Position numbers and translations under genes: made by a program. The notes below the pieces were generated by a model. The model was not told the origin of the DNA. It saw only the letters and a program-made list of their open reading frames with translations, and did not search any database. From Glycera tridactyla (taxonomy: Eukaryota), in assembly GCA_965644265.1 (NCBI GenBank), contig OZ286471.1:46748001-46812000 (forward strand): 64,000 nucleotides of DNA, in the 5' to 3' direction. Of this stretch, positions 15,001 through 27,000 are shown in pieces. The number at the start of each line of letters is the position of its first letter. Position 1 is the first letter of the stretch.

Positions 15001-18000
15001 CAGCAACCATGACAACAACTGGTCGGGACTGCTGGATCCCCACAGTCGGTGGTACAGCACGTCAACCTTCTGTCTGCATCTTCCCATTTGCTTACAAAGA
15101 CATAATCTATACAGGCTGCTCTACAGTGGACAATGGGGGTGAACCCTGGTGTTACACCTCTTATGACTATAGAGACGATCATCTTTGGGGCAACTGTGAG
15201 CGTAAGTCTTGAAACAGTGATGATTCATTGTATACCGTAGAGGAATAAATTGAATCAAAAATTATCCGGTGGAATTTACAATAAAAGAATTCTGGTTATG
15301 TATCGAAGGCCAGCTAATGTGAAAGCCCTGTGACGCTCACATAAAGGATTGTTTTGGGTGTCCCAAGCATATTCATTCGATTCTATCAACTACTTCAGTC
15401 GAGTAGCATCCAGAGACAAGTTCAAGTTGAACATTGTCCTTGATAACAGGCCAGTTTCAAAATGTGATTTGTTATTTTACACTTCCAGCAATGGTTTGTG
15501 GTCAACCTAGACCAACTACTGCATCTACATTGACAACTACTCCAAATGACTGCTGGATACCGACATATGGTGGCACAGCTGGTCAGTCAGTCTGCATCTT
15601 TCCCTTCTCCTACAGAGGGGTTGACTACACAGGCTGTTCCACTGTTGACAACAGAGGCTATCCCTGGTGCTATACCTCATATGATTATGCCAACGATCAC
15701 ATGTGGGGCAATTGCGAAGGTATGCAAATGGTATTCATAGAAAGATTCATCGAACCATTTCTTCCATTCTCAACAATTGAGCTAAAATATTACCAATATA
15801 TTTCAATTAATGATCGCATTATATTTTAACCAGAGATAGGAGATATGAGTATATGTGTAGGTTTGGGTTCTTCCATCAATTTTCAATCAGAAATGATGCT
15901 TTGCCAAAGATCATTATCGGATTGTGCAGCAATTGCTTTGTTGCTGTCAGCACATACATATTTAGATTTCAATTACTGTCCAGCACGCCGTAAAAGAAAT
16001 CTCCGTAGACAATAATCGTTCATGCTGGTGCAATATTATCATTTCAGCTTTGGTTTGTGGTCAACCAAGACCAATAACTCAACCAACTGGAACCACCACG
16101 AGCAATAATTGTTGGATTCCGACAACTGGAGGCACTGCACGTCAACGATCTGTGTGCATTTTCCCATTTGAATACAAAAACCGAATATATACTGGTTGTT
16201 CCACGCTGGATAATAGTGGATATCCTTGGTGTTATACGTCATATGATTATCGAAATGATCATCTATGGGGGAATTGTGGAGGTAGGAATCGGTCCCATTC
16301 GGAGCATTCTAAATCATATTTCATTCAGATAATAGTTATTGATAAGAGCGAGAATAGCATGACAATGACTGAGACCCCAACAATCTGACCTGATTTGTGA
16401 AATCTGAAGTAATTTCCATCATCCATAGCTTTCGATATGGAAATGCTTAGTTTGAGAAGATATTGGGGCAAGTGATACCTCAAGTCATACTTCCAAGTAC
16501 CATGAGTTTCATGTATATATATACGTGTGTGTGAGTCTGTGTCTGCGTGTGTGTGTTTTGCGGGATGACTGAAGCATACATCAGTTAAAGTTTCCATGTT
16601 TATTGGCAGTCTCATTTTCTTTGTCTATCTGCCTTACAGATCTTGTTTGTGGCGAGCCTCGGCCCACCACTGCAGTGACTATGACAACAACAGGCCGGGA
16701 CTGCTTCATTCCAACAACGGGAGGCAGTGCAGGGGAGAATTCTGTCTGCATCTTCCCCTTCTCCTACAGGGGAGTACTCTATTCAGGGTGCTCCACTGTT
16801 GATAATGATAATCGGGCCTGGTGCTACACCTCGTATAACTACCAGAATGACCATCTGTGGGGAAATTGTGGAGGTACTCATCCTCACTGAGATATGTTGC
16901 ATGATCCAAAGAATTTGTGAAGGAGTATGGGGATTTGGCAGGGGTGACTGGGTGACAATATCGGATGTTTCTGGGTCATGCTTTAACTATTTCATGTGTA
17001 TGCGTATGAAAGCATATACGATGAAGGTGTAAGGCATGGAAGGGGGATTTTACCATGACCGAGTAAAGGAATAATTAGGCTGTAGAGGATTGCATGGATA
17101 TATCAGATACGGACGAGACATTAGTATTATTCTGGATCAAAGGCTCTGATTCATCAGATTGATGAGAATATATTCGTGTTTTAGCTGGTAAGAACTTGCT
17201 GGGGCACTGGTCCCTGGCATTGTGACTTCCGTCTTTGTGAAATGTCTCAGCTTTTTATTCGGATCTGGCGTGATGCCACAAGTAGCTGACATTCATTTCA
17301 TTTTCGCAGTACAGTCAAATCTGCCTATAGAGGCCAGGGTGGCCTGCATAGACATTGATAGGTGGTCTCTCGATCAGGTTCGACTTCACCAGTCTTCTCG
17401 GATATCGTGAACTCAATATTGCTTCCATTTTTTGGAATAGTATATTCTGACGTCTGATCGAGTCAAACTTGAATTTTCAGCGCTGGTGTGTGGTCGGCAA
17501 CGTCCCACCACATCTGGCATACCCCGTACTATTGGTACGGATTGTTTCATACCCACTCATGGCGGTACAGCTGGGGACTCGGTCTGTATCTTCCCCTTTG
17601 AGTACAGAGGAGTTGTTTATCAATCCTGCACCGCCATTGATAATGATAATAGGCCCTGGTGCTATACCTCCGAAGACTACAAAAATGACCATCTATGGAG
17701 CAACTGCTGGGGTAGGCTTTTTTCCACACATTCCAAAAATCGCATCCATTTCGAGAATGGAAAGAAAAATCCGATTAGACAGATTGAATGATCTTTAGAA
17801 TGACTGACATACAACCAACTGATTGGTCATGATGGAATATTTGGATTATAACCTTTGGTTGAAAAGGGGTTGATCCTGTACTCTACAAAGAAGTGATTTC
17901 AGGATAAGTATGTCAGGGAAAATGCTTGGGGTTATGAACATTCAACATCAGCAGATTATGCCGTAATCAATGCTACCACACGTTGACTGCGTATACGATT

Positions 18001-21000
18001 TCGTAACGTTGGAAAATATACATAGAAAATCTTCTGATAGGTTTGGGTGTTCATTTTCAGAGGAGGTCTGTAATGAACCTCGCCCAACCACACCAGCATC
18101 AGCGACCACAACAGGTAGTGATTGCTGGATACCTGCTGTAGGAGGTACTGCAGTCCAGTCCGTGTGTATATTCCCATTCAGCTATAGAGGCACCACCTAC
18201 ACTGGCTGCACCACTCGCGACAATAGTGGATATGCATGGTGCTATACCTCGTACAACTACGAGAACGACCATCTATGGGGAAATTGTCAAGGTATGGCAA
18301 TACGAATCATAAGGCTCCATAAATTTCATTCAGAAGATTCTCTCTTTCCCTTTTGTCAGTGAGATATATTTATTTGACCGTTGACTTCATTGCTAGTTGT
18401 ATGTATACCTGAAAGAATCAGTCAGTACATGAGAGTGGCAAACAATTGAAACCGTCTAGAATATGTATTTCTGGCTGAGAATGGAACAAGTTCATCAATA
18501 CTTGCTCGCATAAAAGCTGATATAATCTCCACACCATTTTTGAGATGTTATTGTCTACACAAAATGCAGTTAACAATTGAAGTTTTGTCACATAGCAACA
18601 ATATGATCACATTGCTTATTTTCTTCAGAAATGGTATGTGGAGAACCTCGTCCAACAACGTTGTCTACCATGACAACCACACAAGGCGATTGTTTCATAC
18701 CTACCACTGGTGGCACTGCAGGAGGGGATTCTGTGTGCATCTTCCCATTCAGTTACAAAAATGTTGAATACACTGGATGCTCCACCACAGATAATGGTGG
18801 GATGCCCTGGTGCTATACCTCATTCAACTATAGAAATGATCACCTATGGGGAAACTGCAGAGGTGTGTCATTACTACATTTTTATCAACCATTTCTATTT
18901 GGATGATATATGCTGAATGTGGTATTTTAATGCAACCAACTGATTGATGGGCATCTGTAATGCTTCTTCCTGATAGTTTGCTTCTTTGATGGGGCGCCTA
19001 ATGTCAGTTTCGACCTCAAACTGCAGTTTTCTTGAGATATTCGTCATGCTTAATGTGGTTTTTTAATGCAACCAACTGATTGAAGGGCATCTGTGTTGAT
19101 GTGGCATGTTGGTATTAGCTTCTCCCTGATGTTTTGCTTCTTTGATGGGGCGCCTAACGTTTTGACCTCAAACTGCAGTTTTCTTGAGATATTCGTCATA
19201 GTTGTCTGGCTCGTCGCACATTCCATCATGAATTTTCAGAAAGCAGCGGAAGTCATGTGCTGGAACCTTCAAAATCATTGAAACCTAGCAATCCAAAGAC
19301 CCTATTCTAGTATATCATGAGATTGGACAAAATTTGGACAATCATCGCAGCTTACGAATACATCTGATATACTTTTTCAAAGCCTTCAGCAATCTGGAGT
19401 AAAAGTGCAGTTGAAACGCCCATCAAAGAATTTCATCACATATACATGTCTTACACATTTTAGCACTGATATGTGGCCAGCCTCGACCGACCACGGCATC
19501 AGTTCTCACGACAACTGGAGGGGAATGTTGGATGCCTACCTATGGGGGCACAGCTGGTGTAAGATCGGTCTGTGTCTTCCCCTTCGAATACCGAGGGGTG
19601 GTCTATACCGGATGCTCAACGGTGGACAATGACGGCTATCCCTGGTGTTACACTTCTTATGACTACAAGACAGATCACTTGTGGGGAAATTGCCAAGGTG
19701 ATTACTGGATGTAGAGAATTCACGTCATCAGTGAATAATGAAGCCTTATGGTTAGCATATCACTCTTGCGAACACTTTCTCGGAAGAGGCCATTCAGTCA
19801 GCCACATATTTCTTCCGGTCATACAAGCTGGACTATCATGTTATACATGATGTTATCTGTTTACTGGAGAATACGTAGAGACCCAACATTATCATTAGAT
19901 AAAGTCGCATGGTTCGCATATATGTCTTTTTAACAACTTCTTATATGTGACGTGCATCCAGTTACCTATGTAGACCACATATCTTCTTGTTTAAAAAGGC
20001 TAGACTCGTAAATGATGTCATCTTACGTGACAAGAAATATCAGATGACATACTTCATGGTGAGAGAATGTTGATAAACAAGTCATGCCATTATCAAGCTT
20101 TACCAATTGGCAGGTGTGCCACAAAAGTGATTCTTGAAAAGGGTTAGATGGAATGAGACGAAGACTAAGATTCCCAAATGGAATTTCAGTCATATACCTC
20201 ATTGTAGGGCACATTTTCTCAATACTACTTAGTTGATAGACATCACTTTTGGTGATCACTCATTACTTATTGATATTCGCATCTCACTCAAATTTCAGTG
20301 TTGGTTTGTGATGAACCAAGACCAGTGACCCGATCAGGCTCAACAACAACGAGCAGTGATTGCTGGATTCCAACAATAGGTGGCACTGCAGGCCAAAGAT
20401 CCGTCTGTATCTTCCCTTTCGATTATAAGGGTGTGACCTATACCAGCTGTTCAACTGTCGATAATAGAGGCTACCCTTGGTGCTATACCTCATATGAATA
20501 CAACGACGACCATCTGTGGGGAGATTGTTTGGGTATGACTTGACTAACCAATCATACTTGAATGCCATTCACTCCACACATGTATACAGTTCGATATATA
20601 TTAGTCTCAGACTCGCTTCGTTTGGTGCTGATCAAATGAGTGTAGAAGGATGTGTGGCATTAGATGATAGATATAAAGAATATGGATCATATGACCGGAT
20701 ATCGAAGTAATTCCTGAATTAGGCGTGATTTGTGGATTATGAATATGTAAATTATTACTCAAGGTTTGCTCAAGGTTTAAGCATGTGATATTTGCCTCTG
20801 ATTGAATTCTTGTATAACCCATCACAGTCCAGTGAGTAATTGACGCCAAAGCATAAAACGATTGGTCAATTATCAGAGCAGACATCCCTCTGATTCTTGT
20901 GACTATTTGGATTCGATGCAAGTTGACAAACATCGTGCAGACATTATGTTGGCACTCTTTCCCAAATTTCAGACCTTGTGTGTGGTGAGCCACGGCCTAC

Positions 21001-24000
21001 CACTGGGAGCACCCTGTCAACGACTCCATCTGATTGTTTCATTCCCACGACTGGAGGAACAGCTGGCGGCCAATCTGTATGCATCTTCCCCTTCTCCTAC
21101 AAGGATGTCAGATATACAGGCTGTAGCACAGTCGACAATGGTGGCAGGGCATGGTGCTATACCTCATTTGATTATAGAAATGATCATCTGTGGGGAAATT
21201 GTGGAGGTGTGTTTCTTATTTGATTTGTGTTTCGTGGTTATATCAATTTCGCTCATTATACAGACCAAATTTCAGACAGACCAAATTTCCAAATATGACT
21301 TGTATCATGATCATACCATTCATCCTAACCAAAAATGGATTTCTTCTATCTCTGATCTGAGTATGAAATGACTCCATCAATCTCTAATTGACTGACCGAA
21401 GAAAGAATCAAGTTCAATTATATGCCCCATTTTTTTTCGAAAGAGGAGATTCGGTACTGCTGCCACGACCAGATGAGTGGGCAGTGTTTAGATATAGAAT
21501 TGGGCAGAAAAGAATCCTTGCAATGACTTGATGAATGACTGACTTGATCGTGATTGCAGAGTTGATCTGTGGTCGCGATAGACCAACAACTGCATCGACG
21601 TTATCAACGACAGGCCGTGATTGCTGGATTCCTACATTTGGGGGAACTGCTGTCCAGCGATCTGTCTGCATTTTCCCCTTCTCCTACAAAAACGTTGAGT
21701 ATACTGGCTGCTCAAATGTGGATAACAGTGGCTATCCCTGGTGCTACACATCGTACAATTACAAAAACGACCATTTATGGGGGAACTGTCAAGGTATGAC
21801 ATCTCACTGATGCCCACCTCATATGAAGAGGCCCCCCCTATGTTGAGTTAGTCGATGTGAAAGATCGAAGGGTCCATGAAAGAAAACAGTGTCTAGCTTT
21901 GTATCATAGAATGGCTGGCCCAATTCGAGCAGTGAGGGGAATTCCATTCAAATAGATTGATCTCGAGATCATTATCGTTTTTCGAATGGAGATCTGATTC
22001 AATATTGTTTCAGTGTGGTGTATGGCCTGAACCAAAGCTATTCATAGGCCAGGTCCCCTTGGCGGTGGTTGGAATAAATCAATCAATTGTCGTACTACAT
22101 AGGATCACCAATTGAATCATCGGGGATTTTCAACAGATCCAGATATCAAAGAGGGTTCTGGTTGCTTCAGATGTGACATCTGAATTGGCTGATACTTGAT
22201 AACATAGGGGTCTCATCTGTAGCAAGCCTGGATGAAAAAAAAACTGTGATCCCCACTATTGGTGTTTTTTTTATCATATGATCAAAATGGTTCCAGCACT
22301 GGTCTGTGATGAACCACGACCAAGTACAGCCTCCACGCTATCAACAACAGATAGTGACTGTTGGATACCGACTCTAGGCGGGACAGCTGTGCAACCGTCA
22401 GTCTGCACATTTCCCTTCTCCTATAAGGGGGTAAGGTACAGTGGCTGCTTGAGAGAAGACAATGGTGGAGTACCATGGTGTTATACCTCCTACAATTATC
22501 AAAATGATCATCTATGGGGAAACTGTCAAGGTAATTCAGTTATGATATTCATACTCCTGTTCGAATTCACCATGGAGAAAAGAGACATTTAAATTCTACT
22601 GTAAAGCTATTTGGTTTTCATCTCCTTGAATCGATGTATAAGTGTATCCATGAGTACTAAACTTTGACGAAGCGTACCTCTCCATGAAATCCCCTTGACA
22701 CCTACCTCCATCTAGAATTTCTACTTCGGGTGGAGTCAATCTATCACTACCATGATGTTACATTTCAGAGTTGGTGTGTGGTGAGCCACGACCAACCACT
22801 GCCTCCACACTTACGACTACACCTGGGGATTGCTACATTCCAACATTTGGTGGTACTGCCATGCAGGACTCGGTCTGTATATTTCCATTCTCATACCGTG
22901 GTGTGGAGTACACTGGTTGCTCCAATGTCGATAATGATGGCATCGCTTGGTGCTATGTCTCCTATGACTACAGCCAGGACCATCTTTGGGGCAATTGCAG
23001 AGGTTTGTGGACAATTATCCTCATGTCATAAATAGAAAAGTTAGTCCATATTCCTATCTCAGTGAAGCGTTAACTACATTCGAGATATCCGGTCAAGGGA
23101 AAATGACCAAATTGAAGTTGCAATCACCAATATCTGCCGCAGTCTGACTGAGGAGACTTCATGTTTTAAGGGTCCGGGCCACCCTCAGCGGTGCTGTCCA
23201 GAAATAAATAAGTGATATGCGATCTTTAAACATGATGTGTGTCAAACGTGACAAATATAGTGGATTTGATGAGAAAATTTGCGATTCATAGCCAACTCCG
23301 GCCATTATTCGAATCGTCAATGGAGCGCCCTTACTTCCGCTGGTATTCGTGTCGACGTCAGCTCATGAACCATGGAGCCAGCTCCCAGGTGAAGAATGTA
23401 TGGAGGAAGCCTATCTTGCCAAGACATCGTGTATGGAAAAAATCACCGTGTCACGAATATTAGGATCCGAAAACTCGCTGGTCAATGCAAAATTATATGA
23501 CGAACACGTGCGCCATCTTGTATTCTCGATGGCTGAGTATCTTAATCAGAAATGGAGGGTGAATCGCGAATGTTCATTCGGAAATGTGCAAGTCTCAACA
23601 ATGGCAGTTTTGCAAGTGTCTGCCATACATTCGCGCTGAGGAATATATGAATATATTTGTCAAATGACTCAACATAGTGATGAAGCTGGCACGTTTGTTG
23701 CCTCCTACATAACGATTGACTCGTATATACTCCATTTCGATGTTTGATACAGCATGAAGATGATTCTCTGCAACGCCGCAGGTAGACTCCATGTCTTGCT
23801 GGGTCACCTGCAAGACACAAGTGTGTGAGCCATTGTTTCAGAGATGCGCACATAGTGTCCACATGGTGGCGGGAATGGGGAACCACAACCGAGTTTGATA
23901 GGCTATTCATCGTTACCAATGCAACTTCGCAATTTATTTGTGAAGAAAATAAATGACCAGAGATGATCTCATTATCCCATATATATTTGCAATTGGGATT

Positions 24001-27000
24001 TACATTTCTAATATCAATTTCGCGATTTCACATGTCATGATATGGGCATAACATTTATACTAGTACAATGCTACCAGCGAGATTTGATAAGCTGTCACTC
24101 GATACAATCATTTTTTGCCGTGAATTTCGTCTTCCGAATTCGTTGAAGGAACTCCAGATATTGAAGACCTGGCAAATTTTCCGTACCACATGTCTTGATC
24201 ATCCCAGGTCTTTCCTATGTATTTTTGCGCTTTCGGGAGCGTACCATGTCTGCTGAGCTGACGTCACAAAATGGCGAACCCTCGTGAATAGTGGCGGGAA
24301 TTTCAAATTGATTTTTCTCACACATAACCCTCATATATATTAGCGGCGTATGTATGACATTGTTTCATGAGGACCTCCCTACACGTCCGAAAAGAGATCT
24401 CAGCATCGTCAAAGTGCGTCCTGGGCCCTTAGCAACTTCAATGACGAGTCTCTGAGTTCTCTCTATATACAGCCATTCTTCAATCATAATGATTCGTCGA
24501 AAATGTGCAGGTGTACAAGATGTGAAATTCCAAGAAGCACACACCCTCTGAATATTCTATTCATATCCTATCCATGTTTACTTGCAGCTTTGGTCTGTGG
24601 AGGGCAGAGACCTACAACTGCTTCCACATTGACAACAACTGGTAGGGATTGTTGGATACCCACCAGTGGTGGTACAGCCGGCCAGTCTGTCTGCATCTTT
24701 CCATTCAGTTACCGAGACACTGTCTACACTGGCTGCTCTGATAGGGACAATGATGGCAGACCTTGGTGCTATACCTCATACAATTACAAGAACGACCATC
24801 TCTGGGGAGACTGTGGAGGTAGATATAGAGATATGATCGAGAGAGAATTGTCTGCTCATTCTTGAAAATACGTTCTAATGTTTTCATATATACAATAAAA
24901 CGATCTATAGCTTTTACAGGACATGAACTATCCAATTTGTGATAAACATCTGTAGCTTTTCTGTAGAATATCAAATTCAGCCTGAACGAGTCATCATTCT
25001 ATCATTACTAATATGCCATGCTTAGTCCTGCTGATGAAGGCTACCAACTATGCATCCCGGACAAGGTATAGCTTGATAATTCTGGTGAATATATTGCAAA
25101 TAATTGAGTAAGTGACTGCATAATATGATCAGCTGATAACAATGCCAGGTTTCAGTTCACTGAAAATCTCATTTTGATGTGAATTACACACTGATACTAC
25201 AAAGATTTAATTCATATCAATTTCAGCGATGGTCTGTGGGGAGCCACGGCCAACCACAGCTTCCACCTTGTCCACAACTGCATCAAACTGCTGGATTCCA
25301 GCTGTAGGGGGTACTGCTGTGGAGTCTGTGTGCGTTTTCCCTTTTGAATATCGAGGGGTCACCTACACAGGTTGCTCTACAGTGGACAACAGTGGATATG
25401 CCTGGTGTTATACCTCATATAATTATAAAGAGGATCACTTGTGGGGCAACTGTCAAGGTATTTATCATTCTGATCGGTGTACCCTCCTCCCAATACGCTG
25501 AATCATATATCGGTCATGAGTACCCTGCTGAGTGGCATGACTTGGCGCGTTGAGGGTTTACAATTCAGATTAAGTCTTTTTTTCTGTTGTGCTAATCAAT
25601 AGTGACTACTTTTTTTATCACAATAGTAATCATTTTTCATGAAGCACGATTTCACTCAACACAAAATTTGTTTGAAGATAAATCCCCAGATTGTCGGTAC
25701 TAAGCATCAGCGTAGCTTCTTCTTCCATGCCTAGTTGGATAGAAATAGTGTATTCCTGCAAATTTCAAATGCAAGGACTTTCGTCAATATCCGCATATTC
25801 ATCATCTGTTGGGAGACGTGTTGAATATTTCGCTGAATGATTACTCTTTTCCAGAGCTGGTATGTGACCAGCCACGACCGATCACAAGAGAAATCAAGAC
25901 GACGACTCCTGATGATTGTTACATGCCAACCTATGGTGGTACCGCAATCACAGATTCTGTCTGTGTGTTCCCATTCTCGTATCGAGATGTCATATACACG
26001 GGTTGCACCATTGTTGACAATGAAGGCATACCCTGGTGTTATACTTCCACGGGCTACAGAGATGATCATATCTGGGGCAACTGTAAAGGTCTGTTTCCAC
26101 TGTACTTTGAATCTAAAATAGCAACCATGGAGGTGCATATGACCTGGTAGAGATCCATCCCAAGACAAGCGAATGTATTACATATTATATGCACTGTAAC
26201 CATCATGTCAAATAGACTGCAGAATCCCTATTGGTACCTTGGGGGACTTACAATGGGCGATTTGCCCCACTAAATTGATTTCCCTTATCCTTTCTTCTGG
26301 TATATTGTCATGCAATATGTTGAATTGCCCATGCAGAACATCATTGGAAATACACATGCTCATAGATATAGATGAGGATCACCACTTACCTTTTTCACTG
26401 ACCAACTGTCGTAAAGTTGGAGGTGTGTCTGAACTGCCAACTTCCAGTTGACAACTTTTAAGGTTCCCCATCATCTTGTGTTCAGGGTTCGTGAGAATGA
26501 TGTCTGCAGGGGAGGGAACATCCAACATTCACTGACCAGGACCGAATGGCATACATAGTCATGTGGGTTGATACTTACCATTAAACCTCAAACAAACAAA
26601 ACACTATCTGAGGGCCGGGCAGTTCTTGTCTGATGCATCTCTAATGGTGCTGAAGAGACAGTAAAATACCAAGCAATCGACCGGCCTTTCTACCGACTTC
26701 TGAAAACAATCTTCTTAGAAAGTAAGATTCATCCAGCTGATTCGACTATCATTACCAGGATAGATGATTTTTTTTTCAAACTTTTGTAGAATTGGTGTGT
26801 GGCAGAGAGCGTCCTACGACAATGTCCACATTAACAACCACCCCAGACAATTGTTATGTACTGACTCATGGTGGCACAGCCGGCGACTCGGTCTGCATAT
26901 TCCCCTTTGAGTACAGAGGAATTACATATACAGGCTGCACAGACAAGGATAACAGTGGTCAAAATTGGTGTTACACGTCTGAAGATTACATGAACGATCA

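Noticed and set aside
22005-22070. tttcag-tgtggt resembling a decayed exon start
   Set aside because: No downstream FPF/WCYT similarity, and the Cys codon is at the wrong offset from the AG.
23595-23813. Minus-strand ORF inside the transposon with a faint MADF/Myb-like look
   Set aside because: Key Trp residues are absent and there is no transposase motif; the similarity is too weak to call.
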